Positions 12,404 through 24,186 of a stretch of DNA of 64,000 nucleotides are shown one piece after another. Location of the stretch: contig CM120643.1 in assembly GCA_051362555.1 (NCBI GenBank), forward strand, positions 28,586,848-28,650,847, written 5' to 3'. Source of the DNA: Lingula anatina (Eukaryota > Animalia > Brachiopoda). The notes beneath the pieces are model-generated. The model saw only the letters and a list, made by a program, of their open reading frames with translations, ran no database searches and was not told where the DNA came from. The translations under genes and the position numbers were made by a program. Position 1 is the first letter of the stretch, and each line of letters opens with the position of its first letter.

Positions 12404-13768
12404 CTGTCATGCCTGCAATTCAAATCAAGAATTCGAAAATTTGATTTTTTAGCCTAGGCTACGCCTACAAAATTTGTCGAAATAAATGATGACTGCATTT
12501 TAAATGAAATTTTCCAGGACGTGTTGAAAACTGCTGGGCCGACAAGTGGACTAAGAACCATCAATGTTTTAGGCCCATCCAGACCTGATCAAATCAGTTC
12601 AAATTTATCATATATTCGATAAAAGTTGAAAGAAATTAGAAAGAAATAAAATCTTTTTCTCGACTGGTTTTGATGAGGGTTGACATGTTTGAATAGTAAA
12701 AGAACTTCGTGTCAAATTCTTAAGATGAATCATGGGTTGGGAAAACAGCATCTTTCATTGTAGAAATGAAAGTAAGTAGCCTTAAAAGCAGGCAAACATA
12801 TTTAGGAAACCCGCTGTCCTTTGTATTTTCAGGTCTGTTAGAAGATGATGCCTCCTTTGTCAAGGGTAACAAGTATATTATAGGCTGTCAACTCTACTTG
12901 AAAAAGAAGACCGAAAATCCCATGTCACATGTTAGGAACATGTCTTAAAAACATTTAAACGGAATTTGAGATTCAACCAACAGTTTAACTTGTAGATTTA
13001 GAAGTCTTGCGATTTTAATAAATTTCATTTAGGCCTATAGGCCTAGATGTTTTTAACTTCTAACTACTTTCTATATTTTCTACTTCATGCATTACATGGA
13101 ATAAGAACACTTCAGTAGGCCTAGTTTGTTACTCTACATTTAAGTTTTTATGTTTATGTTCTACATGATAGTGTCCTGAAAGTGATTGAAATAGCACGTT
13201 CTAATAATGTTATATCTTTGGTAGAGAGTTATAGTATTTCAAAGTATATACATAAAAATAGCACATAAGAATGTGCTATTTTTTATGGACTTTCTAATAA
13301 TGTAATCCAAATTTGCAATAATGGTGTTCCAAATTCATGCGTTCTAAAAGTGAATGCAAGGAAGCGTTCCAAAAGCCTATGACTTCCAATGTGTGTTCTA
13401 AACACGTCTTCTAGAAATGTGAATGCATGATTCGACTTGTTCTCACTTATTACAGTGTACCGGCGATTCGTAAACATCCCTCAAGAGAGGCAGGGCGCAA
13501 TATGGTGGCCGTTAACATGGTCTGGACCTCGAGTCTAGCACCTTTAGGCCATTCGAGATCTTCAGGAAAAAATGAAAAAAGAATTTAAAAAAATGTTAAA
13601 GTAATAAGATGAAAAACCTTATGCTGTACTTTGTGGAGGCTGACATGTTAGCGCTCTGATTGGTTAACCGCGCCTATACGTGACTGTTGACACTAATGAT
13701 TTCCGGGTCGGGTTTTTTGGGTAGGGCCTAATGTAACATAATGGACTCTAGGTTTGATTTGACTGATA

Positions 13769-16700
13769 ATGGTTCTCTACGTCAACATAAACGTAGAGCA
13801 TTTTCTAAATGCTTTCAAAAATAGTCGAAGTTTTTCAGATTTGAACGTTACAATAGTCATAAGGTCTGTCAAATTAATTGTAGGCTTACATCTTTACATC
13901 ATCACTTCCGTTGGAAAGTTCCAAGTTTCAGGTCTTCTCAAATTGATTTTATATTTTTCATGTAATTTCTTTTTTCGGGTTGGAATAATAAAGTTCCATG
14001 CTTCAGGTATTCTCAGATTGATTTTAATTTCATGTAATTTCATTTTTAAGGCTAAGAGAAAGAGAAAGACCCCAGAAAAGTATAGTAGGACAACTCACGA
14101 GGTTTCGCTCCCTAAGTTTGAGAGGCCGTCTCCATCTTGCAGCTCCTCTGCCGTAGGCAGACAAACAGCCAATGCTGATACCAAAGCAAAGTTGTTTAAA
14201 CCACCAAGAAGACGACATTACGCCACCAGAAAGGTAACTGGACATTCATCCACAACTAGGAATGAGAGACGCTCAATTTCCCACCAGGCGTCCAATAGTG
14301 ATGCTAGTGAACGATCGAGGCCACTTAAGAAAAGACAGTATGCTAGAGATATGCCTCATCCTCCAGCGTATTACAGCTTGTTTGCGGAAGGAGAAAGCAG
14401 AAAGGCAGACAGAACTGTGCTTCCCAAGTTTCGGCCTGTTGGTTGGGACACTAGTGACCACCGACCAATTGATGGGTTTGACAAGATCAGTAGCAATGTT
14501 GGAGGTGATATAAGGACTCATGAGGTCATATTGATTGACAGTGACGATGACACGCATGAAGTTACCCCAAATGCTGGAGAAGAAGATTTCATGCACGTTG
14601 GTAAAGAAGATGACATTGATGAGTTCATTCCTAGTGATGGGGAAGATCTGAATGATGTTGGTAATGTAGGCCTAAGTGCCGGAGAAGATGTGGATAATGA
14701 CCTTGGCGCAAGTCTTGTACATGATGAGAGTGATGAGTCCAATCCCAGTGCTGTAGAAGATGGGAAAGAAGAAGTTGATCCCAGTCCTGTAGAAAAAGCA
14801 AGTGATGAGTTCATCCCCAGTGCTATAGACGATGCGAGTGATGACCTTATCGCAAGTGGTTTAAATGATGAGAAGAATGAGTTCATCCCCAGTGCTATAT
14901 ACGATGAGAGTGATGACCTTATCGCAAGTGGTTTAAATGATGAGAAGAATGAGTTCATGCCCAGTGCTGAAGACGATGACAATGATGAAGTTGACCCCAG
15001 CCCTGTAGAAGAAGAGAGTGATGTGTTCATCCCCAGTGCTACAGACAATGAGAGTGACGATCTTATCCAAAGTGATGGAGAAAGTGACAAAGCCCGAAGT
15101 CGTGCTGGAGTAAAGGACGAGTCGAGTAGCGATGGTATAGGAGGAAGCTATGACCGAACCAGTAGGAACCTAGATGGAAAAGCTGACAAAGGTGTAGAGA
15201 GTAATAACGCTGTATCAAGTGATAATGACAGTGATAATTTGATTGAGGACAGCTTCACCTTGTCGAGTAAGGAGTGGAAATCTGTAAGACCCTTTTCCAA
15301 AGGTGCTAATGTTTCCAGATGTCTGAAGAAAGGTTGGCATGTCCTGTTTGAGAAAAAGATGTCGGACATTTGTAAAGAATGCGTGTACAAGTACACGTAT
15401 AATAGAGTGAAGGCCCCGAACAGTAGGAAGACTTCCGCGCCTTTCTTCAGAGGGGCAGCAAAATGCAAAAGACCACCGTGTTCAAGAAATGCAACCTTCA
15501 CAATTCAGCATGCTCCACGGGATGATGTTGAAAGTGAGATAGCCATTTCAGTTCAATTGAACGGCAAAGTAAGACACCCAGCAGAACCAGCAAGACGTGC
15601 ATTGAAGGGCAAGCGTAGAGAAGCCATGACGGAAAAAGCGAGATCAGTTGGGGTTATGAATACGTATTATGAAAACTTAGAGAAGACAGATAATACTGCT
15701 CTTGATGCAGGTAATCTAACTGCGGTTCCCACACCTGCCGTCATACGTAAAGCAGTGTCAGAATCGCTACAGAAAGAGCTCCTTCATACAGATTGCATTC
15801 AGGAAGTGTTGCTTTTGAAAGAGGCATACCGAAATGATGATGACAACCCTACAGATCGATATGCTGGATATGTGCAGTACGTGGCTGTCGAGCCATTTAC
15901 TGTCTTCCTCTTCTGTCAGGCGCAGGTGCAACTGTTACAGGGAAGACCAGACTTGTACATTGATGCAACAGGAACTTTAATCAAGTCGTTTCCCAATCAA
16001 AATAGACCTTATCTCTATAGTGTTGTTGTTAAGCCTGATCCGGAACTTCCACCCGTTTCTGTAGCAGACATGTTGACAACTGACCACACACAGCCATCGA
16101 TTATTCATTTCATGGAATTCTTCAATAGAGCAGTCAAGGATTCATCAAAGATGTTCCATCCAAGGAAAGTCGAAGTTGATTGGAGTTGGCCTCTCATCAA
16201 CAGCAGCATCAAAGTATTCAATTGTATCAGTTTGAAGCGCTATTTAAACATAGCATGGGAAATAGTACATCGGAAACTTCCCATGGATTCCATCAAACAA
16301 TTTACAGTTGTGCATATTTGTGTTGCACACATGACAAAGACATTCAGCCAACATGCACGCAAAACCGCTGGAAAGAATAAAGAACTCTTCGAGTTTCTTA
16401 TGACGTCATTTGCAGTACTATCAAATGAGACTTCAATGACTGATGCAAAGGATACTTTGTCTTCAGTAATGACAGTACTGCTCAGCTCCGAATACAACGA
16501 CACTGTGAAAGCTGCTGAAAAGAAAGTCACTGATAGATACTCTTCCTATCCAGAAATGGATCATGTTCTCAAAGATCCAGATGCAAGTATGAAGGAGGAC
16601 CCCGAAGGTAGACCGACATTCATGGACCAGGATGATAAAACAATTGGTGATTCGTCACCATGGTGTTCAATGGGCCGAGATATGATTAGAGAGAAAGAGG

Positions 16701-18316
16701 AAAGCGACACTGATGAAGGTGGAAACAATGACCTGTACTGTCCAGCGGCAGTAGACATGTTGGTGAAACGATTCTTCTACATATATCCTCTGTGGTCTGG
16801 ATTGCTTCTAGGGTCATTGCTTCGGTATACTGATGAAGATTTATGTGATGATGATGAGGAGGAAACAAGGGATTTCAATGCCAATGTTGAATCCTGGTTT
16901 GGTATTGTAAAGAAATCTATCTTCAGAGGCCGTGAGAGGATGAGACCTGGGTCGTTTGTCACAAAATTAAAGAGAAGCATAAATGCAAGGATCAAGGAAT
17001 TGTCACTTCCTGTTGTGCGGAAAGGAACAAAAAAGAAATGTCCCAAGGGAACAGACATGAGTGAAGAAAAGTGGTCAAGGAAGAAGAAGCCCAGAAAGAA
17101 TAGGTATCAGCCCGACAAAACACCGAAGAAGACCAAGAGGAAAGACACACACCAAAAAACCAAGTGTGAAAAAGGAAAGACACCAAAGCAGCAGACGAAG
17201 GGAAGACCCTCGAGCGGAAAGTACCCAATGGTACCCTGTTGGGGAGGTGAATCTAGTGTCGGGCAACGTCTTAGAAATACATGTACTGTGGACAATTTCT
17301 TAACAATAATGCATGTTACAGCAGTGGAAAATCCAGGCTGGATGGAAAGGATTAAAGTTCCAAACGAAACTCTGGACACCTTATTTAATAGTCTGCACCT
17401 CATGGCCGAAAAGAATTTTACTGATGCTAAGGTTGTATGGATAGGCTTGGTTAAAGAAGAGAAGCTGAAATCGGAGAAGGTGGACACCTTTGGCGATGAG
17501 TATACAATGTTTGCTGGGAAGATGAATGAAATGTTGAGATCAGTAGTGTTTGAGAGATGCTCCAATGAAAGATGTCCAAAAGGAGAACGGAAGAGAGAAG
17601 TTGTTGGATTCTTTCCCTCGTAAGTTTACCTACATTAATTACAAATATACTACACTCACTATACGAACTCAGTGGCTATTAACCAATTGCCTGGTCAGAA
17701 AGACTCTTTGGTTTCAGTCATTGCATTATTTCAAAACTAATGAGCACGACATCATATTTTCAGGGTATCCAAAAAAATGACAGTGCAAGATATGTTGACA
17801 AAATGGCTAGCCCCTGAAGAGGTCATATGCGGGAAGTTACTAAAACAAGAGAAATCCCCAAAGGATAAGAAAAGGTACGGTACACATGTTAGAACAGTTA
17901 CAGTTAAGGCTATTACCAAGAATTCTTCAAAGAAATTGTCACATTACATTTTCTTCATTCATATTTATCTACAACGAATTTCTTTTTATAGGCGCAGGTG
18001 TAAAGGCAAAAGACTTACAACGAGAAGAGTCATCGGGGGTATGCCGCCAATACTTGTTGTCAATGTTTGTGATTATGTAGAGGCAGGACTGCACTCAAAG
18101 GATTTGAAGGCCTTTTCCCCCGTTGTAGAAGCACAGAATGTGAAATACATTCTTATTGGAATAACGATGCACCGAAAAGGACACTTTGTAGCCTGTATCA
18201 ACTCAACGAAACATGGTTGGTTATATTATGATGGGTTAAGAGGAGAGCTGAAGCCATTCCGACGAGAAAGTGTAGCTGGATGTGTGCCAGGGAATGTCAT
18301 ATATTTGCAGGAATAA
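13769..18316 (+). CDS. NOF/MULE-like DDE transposase fused to a C-terminal USP-like cysteine protease (exons ..17619, 17764-17874, 17992-18316; true 5' end uncertain, possible acceptor at 14050/14051)
   Basis: Mutator-type motifs LYIDATG (D at 15962), VEVDWSWPLINS (D at 16178), HICVAH (CxxH) and NANVESWFGIVK (E at 16889). Intron 17620-17763 (TC|GTAAGT..TTTTCAG|G) joins the 1284-aa ORF in frame to the 179-aa ORF; intron 17875-17991 is 117 nt. Protease motifs RNTCTVDNFL, PPILVVNV, YILIGITMHRKGHFVAC, WLYYDG. Confidence 0.85.
14560..15090 (+). repeat. Coding minisatellite, ~36-bp (12-aa) acidic units within the transposase
   Basis: Units such as DEFIPSAIDDAS / DDLIASGLNDEK; near-exact 72-bp repeats start at 14807, 14879 and 14951. 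Confidence 0.85.
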
Positions 18317-18538
18317 CTATGACCAGTAAATTTTCTATTACTCAGCCTACATCACTCAGTATCTAGCATCAATATCAGAAACAAATGTGTAAAATGTTTA
18401 TATTTGTATATATCTCATCGTCGATTTGTTGGGAGTTCTTTCGTTTTATAATGTTTTCGTTATGATTCTCTTTTGTTGTCCATGCCACGTCAAATCTTTG
18501 CTTACATAGGCCTCGTGTCTCTCCCCTGACATAGAGGC

Positions 18539-18868
18539 CTATAGTCTGTTTGACGAAAACTTGCCGGGTTGTTTTTTGGGCACCAACTGCTCTCATCCTC
18601 AACAGATTTTAATAAACAAATACTTTCTGAATCTTGAGATTACATCGTATTAGCAGTATAAGAACTGAGAGTCTAGGATATTTCAAAGTCTAAAGATGAC
18701 AGGAAGGGAAAATTGCAATACTTGATATCAAACTTATGCCCATATTTTCTGCTCAACATGCACTCTCCCATTCAAACTCCAATAAAAGTTGAATTTTGAA
18801 CTTATGAATACATTCATATAGAGTGTTGCGCTTCTAAAGACAGCAAGGTTTCGTCAAACAGACTATAG
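18539..18868. mobile_element. MITE-like inverted-repeat element 3' of the transposase
   Basis: CTATAGTCTGTTTGACGAAAACTTGC (18539-18564) and GCAAGGTTTCGTCAAACAGACTATAG (18843-18868) are inverted copies with 1 mismatch. Confidence 0.65.
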
Positions 18869-19410
18869 CCTAGTTAATTTAATCATCAACAGGTTTATAC
18901 TACCTCTCCTTTCATAGTCACCTGCCATCAATTTCCGTTTTAATCAATAATTAAAACCGGTTTTATGTCTTCCCTTGATTAAATACTGTTTATTTATCAA
19001 TTTTACTATTGTAACATAGCCTTATTTGCAGTTTATACACTTAATTTCTCACACCCTTCTAATTCATCTACTGCTTGTATATTCTTGTCTCTTCAAAATA
19101 CTGTTAATTAACCTGAAGTTGAATTACAAAGAATTTCCTAAATTCATCTCCTTTTGTCTTTTGGATTTTATTGTGGGTTTATAGTTAGTCATGTGGGTGG
19201 GGAATCCCCTTTCAAAGCGAGGTTTGGGCTCTGGCGTCATAGTAAAAATGGGCATCATTGGATTTATATAGTTAGTCTTTAAGTGCTTTTTTGATCTCAT
19301 ATTTTATGGATTTAAATGGGAATCATGTCATAGTGTACCAATCAGCAGGCAGCAAGTCCACGGATGATCATTGTCACAATGACGTCAGAGCCTAAGCTCC
19401 TTGGAAAAAA

Positions 19411-20500
19411 GTAACCGAATAAGGAATAAGTAACCGAATAAGTAACAGGACTTTTGAATAAGGAATGGGTTATATTTTGTGTTTTTATTGGTATATTTAA
19501 CAATTTAGGGTGTCATCTAGATGAAGAGGGGGTGCTAGTATGATGAAACAGGTATTTTAGCATCAAAATCATAAAAAAACATAAAAAAGTTGAATAAGTA
19601 ACCGAATAAGGAATAAGTAACCGAATAAGGAATAAGTAACCGAATAAGGAATAAGTAACCGAATAAGTAACAGGACTTTTGAATAAGGAATGGGTTATAT
19701 TTTGTGTTTTTATTGGTATATTTAACAATTTTAGGGCGTCATCTAGATGAAGAGGGGGTGCTAGTATGATGAAACAGGTATTCTAGCATCAAAATCATAA
19801 AAAAACATAAAAAAGTTGAATAAGTAACCGAATAAGGAATAAGTAACCGAATAAGTAACAGGACTTTTGAATAAGGAATGGGTTATATTTTGTGTTTTTA
19901 TTGGTATATTTAACAATTTTAGGGTGTCATCTAGATGAAGAGGGGGTGCTAGTATGATGAAACAGGTATTCTAGCATCAAAATCATAAAAAAACATAAAA
20001 AAGTTGAATAAGTAACCGAATAAGGAATAAGTAACCGAATAAGGAATAAGTAACCGAATAAGTAACAGGACTTTTGAATAAGGAATGGGTTATATTTTGT
20101 GTTTTTGGTGGTATATTTAACAATTTTAGGGTGTCATCTAGATGAAGAGGGGGTGCTAGTATGATGAAACAGGTATTCTAGCATCAAAATCATAAAACAA
20201 CATAAAAAAGTTGAATAAGTAACCGAATAAGGAATAAGTAACCGAATAAGTAACAGGACTTTTGAATAAGGAATGGGTTATATTTTGTTTTTAGTGGTAT
20301 ATTTAACAATTTTAGGGTGTCATCTAGATGAAGAGGGGGTGCTAGTATGATGAAACAGGTATTTTAGCATCAAAATCATAAAAAAACATAAAAAAGTTGA
20401 ATAAGTAACCGAATAAGGAACCGGGAATAAGTAACCAACTTCACATTTGAATAAGTAACCGAATAAGGAATAAGGAACCAGGAATCAACTTCACAGGGGT
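19411..20500 (-). repeat. Right inverted arm: 5 higher-order units
   Basis: Reverse complement of the left arm; TCATCTAGAT at 19513, 19739, 19927, 20134, 20320 (spacings 226, 188, 207, 186). Confidence 0.95.
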
Positions 20501-21679
20501 TAATGTACGGTAGAATAGAAGGCAGCTTGAATTCAATGTATGGCGCAGGTAAACATAGTTTGTTAACAAACACAAACAATTTCTTATATTACGAAGCGTC
20601 ATCCTGTCATCCATTAGCACGCCAAGCTAGTGGGAAGTACAATGTATTAATGTAGAGATGAAATAAGTACATTGGTCGATAATGCTTCAAAAGCAGGTTC
20701 AGGAGAGTAGTTTTGAACGGTTAGTTTTGGATGTTATTTAAACCACCACGCTCTGATGAACACCACTCAGCTGTTCCACACGCAACCATATGCACGTGCG
20801 CAATGACGCAGAAAATGGCCTTTAATTAAGTGGAGAGGGAGAAATTTCCCATGTAGGTGTAGTCAATGTACCTGCAACACAGTCAACTCCACGAAGATTT
20901 CTAAACTATACAGCTGTAGATATGTTCTTGAAGCCGAATAAACCATACACGTTTCACATAAAAATTAATTCACTTATTAAAAAAAATAATAAATGATGGA
21001 TGGTAGAAATAAACAGAAATACAGTAGTGTTCTGTACACGACTGTGATTTGGTGGCTTGCCTTAATTGTGCCTTGTTTAACGCGAAATGCGTGGCAAGTA
21101 CTGGCAATGCACTAACGGCATACCATGTGGATCAAGCATTTATATAATAATAATAATAATAATAATAATAGTAATAATAATAATAATAATAATAAATTTA
21201 AATTGTTTTTAATGATATCAACATTCTTCAGTCATGATTCCCAGTAGATATACACACATTTGATTTAGCTGTTTCGTTTGTGCACTCTGTTAGACTTGGT
21301 CAAAACTGAATTATCTGAATAGGTGAAGATAAACAGGGTGGGTTTGATAATATCATTATAAACTTGGAACAGAGTCACAACTATCGCATCTGTTCTCATG
21401 TATAAATATATTCCAACAGTAAAAGTGTCATCCCTACCGCAATTATGGTACAATTATGTTAGCACTAAGTATGCAATATATATAAAAGTCGATCGCAGGC
21501 CATGTTGTCGAGATGAAGGTTACGAGTTCTATATGACATTATGATTAATGATGCCATGACAGTGAAGATAAACAGATATTCGCAGTCGAATGCATTTCGT
21601 ATGAAGTAAGACGTCATAAATTTAATACACGTTATATGTAATTTCTATTCCCACAGTTTTGCCATTTTGCTTATCAGGG

Positions 21680-22185
21680 ATATATTTTAGTGTAACATAA
21701 AGAAAGGACCTCCCCAATTGTCTGAGAAGGAAAGTGTTCAATGCATCCGTATTGCCAGCTACATGTACTTACATGGGGCAGAGACGTGTCCATGGAACAA
21801 AAGCTACAAGTAGTAGAGAGAAAGACGTAAATATATATGTTGAACACCAAACCAAGATATAGAAATGTCAGTTGATAAGAGAACAGACCAAGGTGAAGAA
21901 TGTGCTGATAACAATCAAAGAAATGGAATGGAAATGGACAGGGCATGTCCGTAGAACTAAGGATGACATATGGACAGTAAGGCGGGCAGAATGGACACCA
22001 ACATATGGAGATAGGAAACAAGGAAAGTCACTCAGGAGAAGGAAAGATGAGTTAGACGAGTACTGAAAAATGGAAGTCCAAAACTCAAGACAGAATGCAA
22101 TGGTAGAAGGATGCTGAGTCCTATGTTCAGCAGTGGAGCACTTTAGGCTCTGAATGATGACGATGATGATGATCATGATGATGAA
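21680..22185 (+). mobile_element. 5'-truncated RTE-clade LINE fragment (3' end)
   Basis: Remnant IKEMEWKWTGHVRRTKDDIWTVRRAEWTPTYGDRKQGK resembles the RTE ORF C-terminus (WxWAGHVxR...W.P...R..GRP) and is followed by a (GAT)n tail at ~22154-22184. Confidence 0.7.
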
Positions 22186-22672
22186 AGAAAGTCATGCCAT
22201 TTTATTTGACTCTTATGTCGTTTGAAGTATGACACTGCCATTGGCTAACTTTCACATAGTCTGTACCATCAAATAAAATTTCAGAAGAACAGCGTTCTTT
22301 TATGGCAAACTTTAAAGTGCTTTGTAACTACAGTACCAGTGTTTCTGTATTATTTTCAGAAGAATAACTTCCTTTGATGTCTAACTTTAGAGTGCTTATT
22401 AGCAACCTACCAGCACATTTTCTCCCAGCCAAAGTATTGATTGCACATGTATACTGCTGTACATATATACTAGAATGAGTGGAGTTTCTAATATGCTCTT
22501 CTTATTTTCACAATACAGCTGTTTAGGGTGAAATAAAAATCGTGCAAGAAGGTCTAAATATTCTATTATACTTTGCTCAACGTATGGAGAATAACATTTA
22601 AATCAGTTTACTTTAAAGATGTGTGTGTTATGGATTGTTATACGACATAGATTTGTAATACTACGATATCAG

Positions 22673-22673
<1 letters not shown>

Positions 22674-22734
<61 letters not shown>

Positions 22735-22753
22735 TTTGCTATACATATATTTT

Positions 22754-22811
<58 letters not shown>

Positions 22812-22938
22812 AGTCAAAATGTTTCTATAAAATGTTTTTTCTCCGTAAAACATCTGTTCTTCATGGAATAATTGAGGCACTAGAGAGTGACGCATTGTGA
22901 CGTCACTACACATACGTCCTTCCTGGTGACATACACAC

Positions 22939-22977
<39 letters not shown>
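22674..22977. repeat. Microsatellite cluster: (TA)n, (TA)n, (CA)n
   Basis: (TA)n at ~22674-22732 and ~22758-22809; (CA)n at ~22942-22977. Confidence 0.95.
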
Positions 22978-22979
<2 letters not shown>

Positions 22980-23251
22980 GTATTTTCCGGTTATACTGCC
23001 GCATTGACAAATCTAGCATAGGAAGTGGTTGTTAACCGCAAGCTACAAATGCATCAGATATAATTAGCTGTTCTGATTCCATCAAGAGTTTAGCAGCTGG
23101 TTCGAGATAGCTGAATAAGCGAGTGAACCGTTTACGATAGCAGATATGGAACAAAAAGACCCGGATGATTCCAAACAGTTTCTTTGATGTGAGCTTTTGA
23201 AGTGCTTGGTATCTACCTGTAGGTTTTGCAGTCTTGCAACTTAGAAAGCAG

Positions 23252-23377
23252 TATATAAATGATTCGTCCTTCCAAAAGTGTCATATAGATCTGAAACATC
23301 CATCAGTGATCATTCGACTCGAGAAACGCTTACAGAACAAGAAGTTCCATTTAATTTGTTTGCCTTACTGGAGCCCG
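23252..23377 (+). promoter_or_regulatory. TATA box and putative non-coding first exon of the Diedel-like gene
   Basis: TATATAAA at 23252-23259; donor CCG|GTAAGT at 23377/23378; next acceptor TTCAG at 24175 just before the ATG. Confidence 0.55.
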
Positions 23378-24186
23378 GTAAGTTTTCATTCTTGAATTTG
23401 TAATTTAAAATGTACTAGTGCGTTTTTTTTCTTCTGGTCAGTAATAGAGGCTATGCGTTAGATATTGTGATATCTCTAGCTAGTGTCTGTCCTTTCTCCG
23501 CCATATTCGAATCAGAATACAGAGTCTAGATATCCATATGCAAATAACCCAAATACATTAATTTCCCTGAAAATTGTGGGCAGTATCTCCGGAAACCATT
23601 ACATATCATAAACTGCTGAACAACATATTTGCAAATAACTGTGCCTTGATTTAAGCTTAATCAATCTGCCCTGAGTTCTTTGTTCCTACCAGTTTGCGTT
23701 CAGGCAATCAATTTGCAACCTAAATATCAAGGACTAATTTAGTCATAGATGTTCTAAGTCTTAGGTTAACCTTTTCCATTTACATTTTTGGTTATTGAGT
23801 ATAAATATATAAATATAATTGCAGTGTTTAAGATGTAAGATATAATGAATTATATGTCAAGTAAGTATAGCTTGAAATGATAATGAAATTAGATTTAAAC
23901 ACTTTTTATTAATTTTGAAGTGTCATCTATTAACTAGCATACCGTGTGTATTTCATCGTTTAAGTGGATGTGATTTGTTAACCAGATGTGCTACAAGGAA
24001 TGTGTGTGCTTCTGTCGTAAAACGGAGAATATATTGCCATTTATAGTATACCAAAAACTGAAACCAAAACTCAGAAGGTTGTCATATATTAATGGTACAG
24101 TACCAAGTACAGTACCAAGTTCTTATTTCTTTATTAATGTATTTCAATATAAATATTTAATACATTATTCTTCAGGAATTCAGAAG

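Larger units (their letters stand above)
6550..20500. mobile_element. Foldback (FB-NOF-like, Mutator superfamily) DNA transposon, 13,951 bp, apparently complete
   Basis: Termini ACCCCGGTGAAGTTGATTCC / GGAATCAACTTCACAGGGGT are inverted copies with 1 mismatch. 9-bp direct repeat TAATGTACG at 6541-6549 and 20501-20509. Long tandem-repeat arms and an internal DDE transposase gene. Confidence 0.92.

Noticed and set aside
13769-14050. First ~94 codons of the 1284-aa ORF as true protein
   Set aside because: Hydrophobic T-rich sequence with an internal ~85-bp duplication ending in TTTTTAAG|G; it looks like intron or leader read-through, so the real start is unresolved.
14518-15090. 190-aa Ser-rich minus-strand ORF
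   Set aside because: Antisense shadow of the acidic repeat region of the transposase.
19210-19406. Imperfect inverted repeat next to the right arm
   Set aside because: Low identity and no TSD; cannot tell an old MITE from chance.
22619-22900. 93-aa YI-repeat ORF
   Set aside because: Translation of (TA)n microsatellites.
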